Shown here: one piece after another, positions 28,700-38,706 of the stretch | Layout: each line of letters starts with the position of its first letter | Position numbering within the stretch: the first letter of the stretch is position 1 | From: Myxococcota bacterium | GTDB lineage: Bacteria > Myxococcota_A > UBA796 > CAJQPC01 | Assembly: GCA_036229005.1 (NCBI GenBank) | Contig: JAZAMN010000032.1 | Location: forward strand, 25,661-89,660 | DNA: 64,000 nt | Direction: 5' to 3' | The notes under the pieces: generated by a model | Seen by the model: only the letters and a program-made list of their open reading frames with translations | What the model was told of the DNA's origin: nothing | Databases searched by the model: none | Position numbers and translations under genes: made by a program

Positions 28700-29193
28700 C
28701 CCTCTTTCTGACCTTGATGATGGCGTGCGAGCCCACGCCCGAGTGCGTCGAGAACACCGACTGCGGCCAGGGCCAGGCCTGCATCGCCGACACCTGCCAG
28801 ACCGTGGAGTGCATGACCAGCGGCGTCTGCACCCTGGGGCAGTACTGCGACCTGGAGACCTACACCTGCCAGGCGGGCTGCGGCACCGACCAGGACTGCT
28901 GGGCGGGCCAGACCTGCGGCGCGGAGGGCGAGTGCGTGGTCCCCGAGTGCACGGACAGCCAGCGCGACTGCGCGGTGGGCGAGATCTGCACCAACGGCGC
29001 CTGCCTGGACGACGGGGGGAGCTGTGATAGCTGCTCCGGTGGCTGCCCGGCGGGGTTCTCCTGCTGGGGCGGGGTCTACTGCATGAAGACCTGCGTGACC
29101 CAGTCGGACTGCCCCGCGGCCTTCTCCTGCGCCGAAGACCAGGGCATCTGCTACAACGACTGCTCCTGGCTGCGGCAGAACGGCTACCCCTGA
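28696..29193 (+). CDS. Cys-rich lipoprotein
   Basis: Repeated C...DC..G..C units. Confidence 0.75.
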   Translation: MTLFLTLMMACEPTPECVENTDCGQGQACIADTCQTVECMTSGVCTLGQYCDLETYTCQAGCGTDQDCWAGQTCGAEGECVVPECTDSQRDCAVGEICTNGACLDDGGSCDSCSGGCPAGFSCWGGVYCMKTCVTQSDCPAAFSCAEDQGICYNDCSWLRQNGYP

Positions 29194-29259
29194 GCCCGCA
29201 GGGGGCTGGTCCACGGACAGGTGACCTCGCTGGTGGCCAGAGGGCCAAGGGTGGGGTGC

Positions 29260-29294
29260 AAAGAAAAAGCCCCGGCGGTGAACCGGGGCTCTCT
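29260..29294 (-). terminator. Intrinsic terminator (possibly bidirectional) between convergent genes
   Basis: GCCCCGG/CCGGGGC stem with a T-tract on the minus strand. Confidence 0.75.
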
Positions 29295-29314
29295 GCGTTC
29301 AGCGATCTGCGCGA

Positions 29315-29623
29315 TCAGGCGTAGTAGCTGTCGCTGCTCTCACCCTCATCCTCATCGGACTCGATCTGGATGGTCGGGGTGCCGCGGACGGGCTCGGGCA
29401 TCTCCTCGGAGAGCTTGGCGTAGCAGGCGCTGCAGACGGCGAGCTCGCGCACGATCTCCCAGCCCAGAGCCTCGGAGCGCTGGTAGCGGCCCTTCATCTT
29501 CTTCTTCTTGCGGCCCTTGGGGGCGCTGTCGGCCTGGTAGGTGCGGGGGCGGGTCTCGACGACGATGCGGTTGACCTTGGTGCCGGCGGCAACGAGGACA
29601 CCGCAGTTCTGGCAGCGGTACAT
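29315..29623 (-). CDS. Small hypothetical protein with a split CxxC...CxxC zinc site
   Basis: MYRCQNCG...GWEIVRELAVCSAC; basic middle, acidic tail; GGAG RBS. Confidence 0.75.
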   Translation of the reverse strand: MYRCQNCGVLVAAGTKVNRIVVETRPRTYQADSAPKGRKKKKMKGRYQRSEALGWEIVRELAVCSACYAKLSEEMPEPVRGTPTIQIESDEDEGESSDSYYA

Positions 29624-29718
29624 TCAGTCTCCAAAAGCGGGGCGCTTCCATTGACGGAACACCCTTCAGAGGTTCAACCCGGCCCCTCTATAGCGTAGGG
29701 CCGGGGAGATCAAGGCGA

Positions 29719-30876
29719 TCAAGCCCGAGTCAGCACCAAGCGCGTGATCTCCTGGGCCGCGCCGAGGCGGATCGGGGGCCCCCAATAGGTGGTCCCGCGG
29801 TTCACGTAGAGCCAGCTCCGCTCCACCTTGTGCAGGCCCGCGACGAAGGGCTGGGCCAGGTGGATCAGCAGGGTGAAGGGGAAGAACTGGCCCGCGTGCG
29901 TGTGGCCCGAGAGCACCAGATCCCAGCCCGCGATCGCCGCGTCGTAGATGGAGCGAGGCTGGTGGGCCAGCAGCACCCTGGGCACACCGTCCGGGGCGCC
30001 CTCCAGCGCAGCATGGGGGTCACTGCGGTGCTCAGCGAGGTGCTCTGCAGCCGACAGATCCGCGACACCCCCGACCACCAGGCGCCGCCCGCGGTGCTCC
30101 AGGACCACGTGCTCGTCCACCAACACCCGCACGCCCAGCGCCGACTGCAGGTGCGCGCACCACTCCGCCGCCCCCGAGTAGTACTCATGGTTCCCGGTGG
30201 AGAACACAACCCCGTGGGTGGCCCGGATGTCAGCCAGCGCCGCCACCTGCGGGCCCAGGTCCGCGACGCTTCCGTCCACCAGATCGCCGGTGATCGCGAC
30301 CAGATCCGCGCCCTGTGCGTTGAGCGCGTCGACGATCGCCTGGAGCTGCCCGCCGTTGACCGTCGGCCCCACGTGGATGTCGGAGACCTGCAGGATCGTG
30401 AAGCCCTCCAGCTCCTCCGGCAGCCCGTCGATGGGGACCTGCACGTCCTGCACCTCGGCGAGCTGCCGCGCCTTGGCGAAGCCCACCAGCCCCACGCCCG
30501 CGGCGGTCCCCAGGGCCCCCAGGTTCAGCCCGCTCTTGAGGAAGCGACGGCGCTCGGGGTCCTTGGGCAGCGCGGGCACCAGCTTGTCCAGGCCGCGCCC
30601 CGCGAGCCACACCAGGTCCACGGCGACGGTCAGGAAGAAGGCCGCGCCGAACACGCCCAGGGTCATGTAGCCCAGCAGCGAGAGCGCCTTGGCCCAGCCC
30701 GCCGGGTTCCCCCGCAGCCCATAGGGGACAAAGAGCAGCCCAAAGGCGACCACAGCAACGGCGATCACCGCCCAACGACGGGCCCCTTCGAGCTGGCCGT
30801 CCCGGATCACCCTGAAGGCGAGGTAGCCGTGGGCGCTGAGCAGGAGGGCGGTGAAGACCAGGATGAAGATCGGCAT
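29719..30876 (-). CDS. Membrane-bound metallophosphoesterase (YkuE-like)
   Basis: SDIH, TGDLVD, GNHE, LLAHQP, SGHTHAGQ. Confidence 0.92.
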   Translation of the reverse strand: MPIFILVFTALLLSAHGYLAFRVIRDGQLEGARRWAVIAVAVVAFGLLFVPYGLRGNPAGWAKALSLLGYMTLGVFGAAFFLTVAVDLVWLAGRGLDKLVPALPKDPERRRFLKSGLNLGALGTAAGVGLVGFAKARQLAEVQDVQVPIDGLPEELEGFTILQVSDIHVGPTVNGGQLQAIVDALNAQGADLVAITGDLVDGSVADLGPQVAALADIRATHGVVFSTGNHEYYSGAAEWCAHLQSALGVRVLVDEHVVLEHRGRRLVVGGVADLSAAEHLAEHRSDPHAALEGAPDGVPRVLLAHQPRSIYDAAIAGWDLVLSGHTHAGQFFPFTLLIHLAQPFVAGLHKVERSWLYVNRGTTYWGPPIRLGAAQEITRLVLTRA

Positions 30877-30923
30877 GACCCGGTCTAGCCCAAGGCAGCC
30901 GGCTCTGTGCACCAGCCGGCGCT

Positions 30924-31031
30924 TGTGGACGATCCACAGGGCGATCCACACCCCCACAAGTGACGCTTCAACGCCGATCCTCGGCTTGTCAAAATCGAGT
31001 TGTCCACAACTGGGGATAGAGCTGTTGACAG
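30924..31031. promoter_or_regulatory. Cluster of DnaA-box-like 9-mers
   Basis: TTGTCCACA at 31000; CGATCCACA at 30930 and 30942; reverse-strand TCGTCCACA (30924), CTATCCCCA (31011), CTGTCAACA (31023). Confidence 0.55.
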
Positions 31032-31086
31032 GTCAAGCAGGCCCCTAGACCAACACCTTCGCTCTGGGTTGCACTACCATGCCCCC

Positions 31087-32100
31087 ATGTCCGCACAGGC
31101 CTTCCTGTTGGCGGCGGGTTTCGGGACCCGCCTGCGCCCCCTCACCCAAGACTGTCCAAAGCCCCTGGTGCCCGTCTGCGGCGTGCCCATGCTGGACTAC
31201 GCCCTCGCGCTGCTGCGCAAGAACGGCATCCACAGCGCGGTGGTCAACGCCCACTGGTGCGCGCCCCGCATCCAGCAGTGGGCCGACCGGCACCTGGAGC
31301 GCTCGCCCGAGCTGCGCCTGCATGTGTCGATGGAGCTCCCGGAGATCCTGGGCACCGGCGGCGGCCTCAAGGCGGTACAGGAGCAGCTCGACGAGCGCTT
31401 CGTGATCGTCAACGGGGACATCCTCTGCGACGTGGACCTGCGCGGGCTGCTGGCGGGTCTGGACACACACAGCGCGGTGATGGCCCTCCGTGTCCTCGGG
31501 CCGGCCGAGACCTACGGCGTGGTGGCGCAGGACGCAGAGGGCAAGGTGGTGGACCTGGTCGGTCTGGCGCAGACAGAGCCGCTGGAGCCCGTGGACCGCA
31601 GCCAGCACTTCACCGGAGTGCACGCCCTGCGCCGCGAGGTGCTGGATCGGGTGCCCGAGGGGTTCGCCTGCATCGTCCGCACCGCCTACACCGAGCTCGT
31701 GCGCGAGGGCCGCGTCGGGGGTGTCCCGCACACGGGGACCTGGTTCGACGTGGGCACGCCCCAGGCCTACCTGGAGGCCAACCTGCAGGCGCTCCGGGGC
31801 GCCCTGGCGCTCCCCCTGGACCCCCACGCCCAGGCCGCGCTGTATCTGTCGGAGGGGAGCCGGCTGGAGCGTGATGGGAGCATCCTTGTCGGACCGCTCT
31901 GGGTCGGCGAGTCGGTCACCATCGCGCCAGGATCCGTGGTGGGCCCCGAGGTCATCCTGGGCCACGGCGCCAGCGTCCAGCAGGGCGCGAAGCTGACCCG
32001 CACGGTGGTCTGGGAGGGCTGCTCCGTCCCGGCAGAGTCGGCGCTGGATCGCTGCATCGTCTACGATGGAGGCACCCTGGAGCTTGAGCCGAGCCCGTGA
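31087..32100 (+). CDS. NDP-sugar pyrophosphorylase / nucleotidyltransferase (MurU or Man-1-P guanylyltransferase-like)
   Basis: LAAGFGTRLRPLT..PKPLVPV, LGTGGG, NGD, W.DVGTP; C-terminal hexapeptide-like region. Confidence 0.9.
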   Translation: MSAQAFLLAAGFGTRLRPLTQDCPKPLVPVCGVPMLDYALALLRKNGIHSAVVNAHWCAPRIQQWADRHLERSPELRLHVSMELPEILGTGGGLKAVQEQLDERFVIVNGDILCDVDLRGLLAGLDTHSAVMALRVLGPAETYGVVAQDAEGKVVDLVGLAQTEPLEPVDRSQHFTGVHALRREVLDRVPEGFACIVRTAYTELVREGRVGGVPHTGTWFDVGTPQAYLEANLQALRGALALPLDPHAQAALYLSEGSRLERDGSILVGPLWVGESVTIAPGSVVGPEVILGHGASVQQGAKLTRTVVWEGCSVPAESALDRCIVYDGGTLELEPSP

Positions 32101-32999
32101 GCCGCGACAGACTGACCATCGGCGTGGTGTGCACGCGGGGGGTGGGCCCCGAGCGCGGCGGACGTGAGCGCAACGAGGACAACTACCTTGTGTGCCGCGA
32201 GGGCGAGGCGCGCTATCGCCACGACGACCGCGAGGCGGTGGAGAACCTGCCCACCTTCGGCGCGCTTCTCTGCGTGGCGGACGGGATGGGCGGCCACGAG
32301 GACGGCGATCTGGCCAGCTCCGCGGCCGTGCGCGCCATGGCCCGGCTCTTCAAGCGCGGCGTCCCGGAGGACCCGGAGCTGCACCTGCACCGCTTCGTGC
32401 TGGACGCCCACCGTCGCCTGCACCGCAAGGTCTCCGAGCTGGGCCCGGTGCGCATGGGCACCACCCTGACCTGCCTGTGGGTGCTGGAGGGCCGCGCGGC
32501 CTGGTGCCACGTGGGCGACTCCCGGCTCTACCTGTGGCGCCGGGGCACGATGCAGCGCATCACCCAGGACCACACCCGGGCGAACTTCGCCAAGCGGGAC
32601 GGGCGCCCCGCGGACCCTGACGGGGTGTACCTGGCGCAGAACTTTGTCTACGGGAGCCGCGGCTTCGGGGACGACAAGGGCATCCGCATCGACGCGGGCA
32701 CCGACACCGGCACCCTGCGCCTGGAGGTGGGGGACCGCCTGGTGCTCTGCTCGGACGGGCTCAGCGGCATCGTCGAAGACCACCGCATCGCCGACCTGCT
32801 GGGCGAGGTGCCTGAGCCGCAGGCCGCCGCGACCGCCCTGATGGAGCGCGCCCTGGCGGCGGGCTCGGACGACAACGTGACCGTGATGGTGGCCCGGGTG
32901 GACGAGCTGTCCGTGCCCCGCCACGAGAAGGACTTCGGGGACACCTTCAACGTCGAGGAGAACCCCCTGGACGAGGACACCCTGGTCCCCTTCGACTGA
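32097..32999 (+). CDS. PP2C-family Ser/Thr protein phosphatase
   Basis: R.NED, VADGMGGH, MGTT, HVGDSRLY, LCSDGL, DNVT. Confidence 0.93.
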   Translation: MSRDRLTIGVVCTRGVGPERGGRERNEDNYLVCREGEARYRHDDREAVENLPTFGALLCVADGMGGHEDGDLASSAAVRAMARLFKRGVPEDPELHLHRFVLDAHRRLHRKVSELGPVRMGTTLTCLWVLEGRAAWCHVGDSRLYLWRRGTMQRITQDHTRANFAKRDGRPADPDGVYLAQNFVYGSRGFGDDKGIRIDAGTDTGTLRLEVGDRLVLCSDGLSGIVEDHRIADLLGEVPEPQAAATALMERALAAGSDDNVTVMVARVDELSVPRHEKDFGDTFNVEENPLDEDTLVPFD

Positions 33000-33005
33000 G
33001 CCGGC

Positions 33006-33377
33006 TCACTCCGGGGCAGGCTCCGGGTAGTGGCTGAGCCCGAAGGGGTTGCCGTCGGGGTCCTGGCCGTAGAGCGTGAACCCGGTGCTGCCCGCGGGTC
33101 CCGCGCCCGCGGCCTCCAGGCGCTTGACCCAACGCGCCCGCTCCGCCGCCGGGATGTCCAGGACCAGCATGTGCCAGCCGCCCGCCCCGCGCTCCCGCTC
33201 CGCCGGCGCCTCCAGGCGCTCGACCATCAGGATGGCGTCCCCCAGGGGCAGCCAGACCGAGCGCAGGCCGCGGTCGTCGTGGTGCCGACCCAGCTCCTCG
33301 CAAGCGAGCAGATCCCGATAGAAGCGCGCGAGCCTATCGACCTGGGCGGTGAGCAGAGCGATGTGGTGTACCCGCAC
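33006..33377 (-). CDS. VOC/glyoxalase family protein
   Basis: HHIAL...FY..LL; Y.QDPDGN. Confidence 0.85.
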   Translation of the reverse strand: MRVHHIALLTAQVDRLARFYRDLLACEELGRHHDDRGLRSVWLPLGDAILMVERLEAPAERERGAGGWHMLVLDIPAAERARWVKRLEAAGAGPAGSTGFTLYGQDPDGNPFGLSHYPEPAPE

Positions 33378-33462
33378 GCGGACCTCCTCCTCTCACCATC
33401 CTATCCGCAGCGGGAGCGGTGGCCTCTGGGCGTGTAGACTCTGGCACCAACCAGGACCGGAC

Positions 33463-36400
33463 TTGAAGGAAGTCTCCATCCCGATCCCGCCGCGCATCGG
33501 CCCCTACAAGGTGCTGCGGCCCCTCGCGCAGGGCGGGATGGCGGCGGTGTTCGAGGTCGAGGACCCGACCACCAAGGAGCACGTCGCCCTCAAGCTGCTG
33601 ACCCACCGCGGGCTGGCGATGCCCCGCTTCGCCCGGGAGTTCCGCGCCCTCACCCGCCTGGACCACCCCAACATCGTCCGGGTGTACCGCTACGGCTCCC
33701 ACGAAGGCTCGCCCTTTCTGACCATGGAGCTGCTGGATGGGCAGCCCGTGCAGGCCTACGCCAAGAGCGTCGGTCGCCCCGGACGCCCCCGCCGCACCCG
33801 CGAGGTCCTGCGCATCACCGCCCTGGTGGCCGACGCGCTGGCCTACCTGCACGCCCGCGGGATCGTGCACCGCGACCTCAAGTCGGCCAACGTGCTGGTG
33901 CTCTCCGACGGGCGCGTCAAGCTGCTGGACTTCGGCACGGCCCACATCGCCACCGCCGGGGACGCCATCACACGGGCCGGCGAGTTCGTGGGCACCTTCG
34001 CCTACGCCAGCCCCGAGCAGATCACCGGCTCCGGGGTGGACGCCCGCTCCGACATCTACTCCCTGGGCGCGCTGCTCTACCGCCTGTGCACTGGCCGCCG
34101 GGTCTTCGAGGCCGACACCCCGCACCGCCTGGCCCGCAAGCACCTGGACGCCACCCCGCGCCCCCCGCGGCAGCTCGTCCCCGCCCTGCCCGAGCCCGTG
34201 GAGGAGCTGATCCTCCGGATGCTCGCCAAGGAGCCCGGGGACCGCCCCCAGTCCGCCGAAGAGGTCGCCAACCTGATCCGCGGCCGCTCCCGCCGCCCCG
34301 AAGACAGCGGCGCCGTGCACCTCAACCGCCCCAAGCTGGTGGGGCGCGAGCGCGAGCTGACCAACGCCCGGACCTGGCTGGACTCGGCGGGCCCCGGAGA
34401 GGCGCTGCTGGTGGTGGGCCCCCGCGGCTCGGGTCGGCGCCACACCCTGCGCGCGGTGGTCGCCCTGGCCCGCACCCGCGGCTGGCGCGTGTTCGACGGT
34501 GTGTTCATGGGACAGCCCGGACTGGGGGCCCTGGGAGAGCAGGTCGCCGCGGCCTGGACCACCCTGCCGCCCCGGGGACGCATGGCCCTGAGCGACGCCA
34601 GCGCCGCCCTGGAGAGTCTGGAGGGTGGGCCGGTGCCTCCGGGTGCCGACCTCACCGCTCTGGCCGCTCAGCTCCACGACATCCTCGCGGCGCGGCAGGC
34701 CGAAGACGAGGCCCCGCTGGTGCTGTCCCTGGCCAAGGCCCACCGGGCCTCCCCCGTCGCCCTGGAGGTGCTCTCGCAGATCCGCGCCCGCGCCCGGGAG
34801 AGCGGCCTGCCCCTGCACATCCTGGCCAGCGTCAACGAGCACTCGGACCTGCCCGGCGGCAACATCCGGGCCCGCTTCGCCAGCGCCTACCGCCTGGTCA
34901 TGGGCCCCCTCTCCCAGGAGCAGGTGGGCCGCATGCTCCTGCAGATGCTGGGCGGCACCGAGCCCTCCCCCCAGCTCACGCAGGCCCTGCACGAGGCCAC
35001 CGGCGGGCTCCCCGGCTTCGTCGAGGAGGTCGTCCGCGCCCTGGTCGAGAAGGGCAGCCTCAAGCCCTTCCACACCGGCGGCACGCTCACCTGGGTGCAC
35101 GATCCCGAGCAGGCCATCCACATCCCCAGCTCCGCCCGCGAGGCGGTGACCTTCCGCCTGGACAGCCTGGGGCGGGACGAGACCCGCGTGCTGGAGGCCC
35201 TCGCGGTCGCCGGAGGCCGCTCCGCCCTGGAGCCTCTGGCCTTCGCGCTGGACCAGGCGCCGGACCTGACCCAGGCCACCCTGGACCAGCTCACCACCGC
35301 CCACGTCCTGCGCTGCCAGCAGGAGGGCAAGCACGAAGAGTGGAGCTTCAACCTGTCGATGGCGCGGGACCTGGTCCTGGAGCGCGTGCGCCCCAGCCGC
35401 CGCAACCTGCTGCGCCGTCGCCTGGCCGAGGTGCTGGCCGACGCCCCCCCCAGCGCCAACAAGATCACGCTGCTGGCCGCCGCAGGCAACGCCGATGGCG
35501 CGGTCCGGGACGCCCTGGAGTGGGCCCCCCTGCTGGTCGAGCACGCCCGCTTCTCGGAGACCCTCCCGGTGCTGGAGGCGGTCGCCAAGGTCGTGGATCG
35601 CGCCCACGGCGTCGGCCTCCAGGAGCTCGCCCGCTTCTACCTGCTGCTGGGCCGCAGCGTGCACGGGCAGCACCCCGGCGACCCGCGGGTGCGCAAGCAC
35701 TTCGCCCGGGCCATCGACCTGACCTCGGACCCGGAGCTCAGCGCCGAGGTGTCCCTGCACATCGCCAAGGCCTTGGTGGACCAGGGCCGCCTGTCCGAGG
35801 GCCGCGAGTCCCTCCTCCGCGCCCACAGCACCCTGGCGGGCACCTCCTCGCCCGTCCTGCGCGCCCGCGTGTCCCGGGATCTGGGCAGCCTCCAGTGGTT
35901 CCGGGGCCGCTTCAACGACGCCGAGCGCTGGTTCGAGGAGTCCCTGAGCGCCGCCCGCCTCCCCGGTGGTGAGCGCGAGCTGGCCCGCAGCCTGGTCGCC
36001 CGCGCCGTCGCGGACCTGGGCGCCGGCCGCCTGCGCGACTCCGAGCACGACCTGCGCGAGGCCGTCCACCTGTACGAGGTCGCCGGCGATCGCTACGGGC
36101 TGTGGCACGCCCTGGGCAACCTCAGCGAGATCCTGCGCCACCGCGCCGCCTTCTCCGAGGCCATCGGCCTGCTGGAGCCCGAGCTCAAGGGCGCCCACCA
36201 GTCCGGCGACCCCGAGCGTTACGCCTTCCTGGCCATCAACCTGGCCGAGGTCGAGGTCGAGCTGCTGCGCCTGGGCCGCGCCCGCGAGCGCCTGGCCATG
36301 GTCGACGGCGTGCTCATCGCGGGCCGCCACCTGCACCTGCAGGCCGGGGTGGCCAGCGTCCGCGCGCGCATCTCGATGGCCTCGAACGAGCCCGGCCAGG

Positions 36401-36891
36401 CCGTGGAGCTGCTGGAGCCCATGGTGCGCGTCTGTGAGAGCTCCGGCATCCGCGTGCTCACCCCCCTCCTCTCCGCCCAGCTCGGCGAGGCCCTGGTCGT
36501 CACCGGAGATCGCCGCGGCGGCCGGAACCTGCTGGACGCCGCCATCAACGACCTGGCCCAGGAGCGCAACGTCCCCCTGCTGGCCGAGGCCTGCGCCGCC
36601 CGCGCCCGCTGCCTGCACGAGAACCCCCAGGAGTCCTTCGCCCCGGTGCGCCGCTGGCTGGAGTCCGAGCCCGCCACCCTGATGAAGGTGAGCTGGATGG
36701 TCGCCCGCGCCGAGCACGTCGGCCGCCACAACCCCGCCGAGGCCCGCCCCCTCTGGCTGCGCGTCCAGGAGGCCCTGCGCCGCATCCAGCGCAACCTGGC
36801 CCCGGGGGACCGCGTCGCCATGAAGGTGCACCCCTGGACCCTCGCGGTCGAGCGCGCTCTGGCGCCGGTTGAGGAGGAGGAGGAGCTCTGA
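33463..36891 (+). CDS. Ser/Thr protein kinase with degenerate AAA/NTPase and TPR-like region (start approximate)
   Basis: GGMA.VF, VALK, HRDLKSAN, DFG, YASPEQ; LVGRERE...GPRGSGR. Confidence 0.9.
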   Translation: MKEVSIPIPPRIGPYKVLRPLAQGGMAAVFEVEDPTTKEHVALKLLTHRGLAMPRFAREFRALTRLDHPNIVRVYRYGSHEGSPFLTMELLDGQPVQAYAKSVGRPGRPRRTREVLRITALVADALAYLHARGIVHRDLKSANVLVLSDGRVKLLDFGTAHIATAGDAITRAGEFVGTFAYASPEQITGSGVDARSDIYSLGALLYRLCTGRRVFEADTPHRLARKHLDATPRPPRQLVPALPEPVEELILRMLAKEPGDRPQSAEEVANLIRGRSRRPEDSGAVHLNRPKLVGRERELTNARTWLDSAGPGEALLVVGPRGSGRRHTLRAVVALARTRGWRVFDGVFMGQPGLGALGEQVAAAWTTLPPRGRMALSDASAALESLEGGPVPPGADLTALAAQLHDILAARQAEDEAPLVLSLAKAHRASPVALEVLSQIRARARESGLPLHILASVNEHSDLPGGNIRARFASAYRLVMGPLSQEQVGRMLLQMLGGTEPSPQLTQALHEATGGLPGFVEEVVRALVEKGSLKPFHTGGTLTWVHDPEQAIHIPSSAREAVTFRLDSLGRDETRVLEALAVAGGRSALEPLAFALDQAPDLTQATLDQLTTAHVLRCQQEGKHEEWSFNLSMARDLVLERVRPSRRNLLRRRLAEVLADAPPSANKITLLAAAGNADGAVRDALEWAPLLVEHARFSETLPVLEAVAKVVDRAHGVGLQELARFYLLLGRSVHGQHPGDPRVRKHFARAIDLTSDPELSAEVSLHIAKALVDQGRLSEGRESLLRAHSTLAGTSSPVLRARVSRDLGSLQWFRGRFNDAERWFEESLSAARLPGGERELARSLVARAVADLGAGRLRDSEHDLREAVHLYEVAGDRYGLWHALGNLSEILRHRAAFSEAIGLLEPELKGAHQSGDPERYAFLAINLAEVEVELLRLGRARERLAMVDGVLIAGRHLHLQAGVASVRARISMASNEPGQAVELLEPMVRVCESSGIRVLTPLLSAQLGEALVVTGDRRGGRNLLDAAINDLAQERNVPLLAEACAARARCLHENPQESFAPVRRWLESEPATLMKVSWMVARAEHVGRHNPAEARPLWLRVQEALRRIQRNLAPGDRVAMKVHPWTLAVERALAPVEEEEEL

Positions 36892-36931
36892 GGCGGCCGC
36901 CGGATCTGGGCCCACCGCTCTGGCCCCGGTC

Positions 36932-38602
36932 TCAGATCTCCAGCTCCACCGCCAGGATCCCCGCCCGAGGTGCTCTGCGGTCGAACTGCAGCTCCAGGGT
37001 GTTCTTGGCGACGCAGCGCGCCAGGGTCGGGTCGGTAGACTCGAGCTCGGTGATGCGCCGCACCTTGCCGTTGCCCTCGAGCGTCAGGTTGAAGCGCACC
37101 AGCCCCGAGCCCTTGCAACCCGCGGTCATGCGCGGCCGGTTGGCCACCAGGCTCTGCCGCAGCTCGGCCGCGTGCTTGCTGTCGCTGGCCAGCGCCTGGG
37201 GCGGGGGGAACAGGTCCCAGACCACCCCCGGGATGTTCGACGGCGACTCCCACCAGGCGGCCACGGGCACGCCGCCGCCGCAGAGGATCACCAGCAGGAA
37301 GGCCAGCAGCCCCGCGACCCAGCGCGAGCGGCCGGAGCCCCCCGAGGCCTCCGCGGGCGCCGGGGGCGTGGGCTCGGGCGGCGGCTCGGAGTCCAGCTCG
37401 GTCAGGCCGCTCCCCTGCGCGTCGGTCTGGCGGGCCGTCTGGGGGTGCGCGGCCGTGCCCACCTTGGTCTTGCCCCCGTCCTGGGACAGGATGCCCTCGA
37501 AGGTGTCATCGCCGGAGGGCGCGCCGTGCAGGCTCTCGTCCGTCTCCAGGGCGGCCAGGGCGTCGGGGACCACCGTCCGGCTGCTGCGGCCCAGATCTGC
37601 GGGCGCGTGCACCGGACGCCCGGCGACCAGGTCGCCCAGCATCGCCATGGCCTCGTCGATGCTCACCCGCTGAGCGGGGTTGGGGGCCATCGTCGCCCGC
37701 AAGAAGGTGTTGAACCCGGTGATCTGCGGATCGGCACCCTCTCCCCCCAGCGCCGGCGGCAGGCCCTCCATGAGCTGGGTGTACATGCGGTCCGGGTGGG
37801 CCATGTCGATCTCGCCCAGCACCGGCCGCAGCGTGCGGCAGAAGAGCAGCACCGCGCCCACGGAGTACACGTCGGCCGAGGGGGACAGGGGCATGCCCTG
37901 GAACTGCTCGGGGGCGGCGAACTGCGGGGTCCCCACGAACGCGCCCACCCGGGTCAGGTTCGTGGTCAGCCCGCCGTGCACCTTGGCGATGCCGAAGTCG
38001 GTGAGCTTGATGTTGGGGACCTCACCCCGGCCGGGCTGGTGCGTGAGCAGGATGTTCTCGGGCTTGAGGTCCCGGTGGATCACGCCCTGCTTGTGTGCCT
38101 GCGCCAGGGCACTGCACAGCGACACGCCCATGGCCACGATCTCGTCCAGATCCATGGCCCCCACCCGCCGCAGGTGGTCCAGCAGGGAGCCGCCGGACTC
38201 GAAGCGGGTGACCAGGTAGGGGCTGTGCCCGGCGCGCTGGACGAAGCCCCGGATATCGACGATGTGCGGGTGGTTGAGCTGGAGGAGGATCTGCGCCTCG
38301 GTGCTCAGGCGCTGCAGGTACGACCCCTGGTCCCGCTGGGCGTACAGCACCTTGATGGCCAGCTTGTCCCCGACGAGGTCATCCTGATCGCCCAGCTCCT
38401 GGGCCAGGTAGGTGACCCCGGCGCCGCCGATCGCCAGGCGCTTGAGCACCCGGTAGTGGCGATCCAGCACCGCGCCCTCTTCAAGCAGACGCCCCCACCC
38501 CCCAGCCGGCCGGGGTCGCCGGCAGCCCAGGTTCGGGCAGCTCTCCCCGTCGGTGGTGAAGGTGGTGAGGCAGCGGCTGCAGTAGAGAGTGGTCGCGGAC
38601 AC
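36932..38602 (-). CDS. Membrane Ser/Thr protein kinase with N-terminal zinc ribbon
   Basis: CSRC...CP..C; HRDLKPEN, DFG, GTPQFAAPEQ; one TM segment. Confidence 0.92.
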   Translation of the reverse strand: MSATTLYCSRCLTTFTTDGESCPNLGCRRPRPAGGWGRLLEEGAVLDRHYRVLKRLAIGGAGVTYLAQELGDQDDLVGDKLAIKVLYAQRDQGSYLQRLSTEAQILLQLNHPHIVDIRGFVQRAGHSPYLVTRFESGGSLLDHLRRVGAMDLDEIVAMGVSLCSALAQAHKQGVIHRDLKPENILLTHQPGRGEVPNIKLTDFGIAKVHGGLTTNLTRVGAFVGTPQFAAPEQFQGMPLSPSADVYSVGAVLLFCRTLRPVLGEIDMAHPDRMYTQLMEGLPPALGGEGADPQITGFNTFLRATMAPNPAQRVSIDEAMAMLGDLVAGRPVHAPADLGRSSRTVVPDALAALETDESLHGAPSGDDTFEGILSQDGGKTKVGTAAHPQTARQTDAQGSGLTELDSEPPPEPTPPAPAEASGGSGRSRWVAGLLAFLLVILCGGGVPVAAWWESPSNIPGVVWDLFPPPQALASDSKHAAELRQSLVANRPRMTAGCKGSGLVRFNLTLEGNGKVRRITELESTDPTLARCVAKNTLELQFDRRAPRAGILAVELEI

Positions 38603-38706
38603 TGGGCGCAGTCTAAGCGATTTCAGGGGAAGTGCCTTGGGACGTGCGGGGTCCCATCAACTGCACTACGCATTCTGTGAGGCCTGACAGCCACCAGGAG
38701 AGCGCA

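Noticed and set aside
29293..29313. CTGCGTTCAGCGATCTGCGCG as a third copy of the 31-bp unit
   Set aside because: It is a single degenerate match with wrong box spacing and no array, so it may be chance.
30877..31086. Firm call of oriC
   Set aside because: No adjacent replication genes or clear AT-rich unwinding element; kept only as a DnaA-box-like cluster.
33334..36915. Very long alternative ORFs (also 46418-49603, 46954-50769, 26795-29248, 7288-9357, 56166-58265)
   Set aside because: These are shadow or off-frame ORFs expected in high-GC DNA; they overlap genes with clear family motifs.
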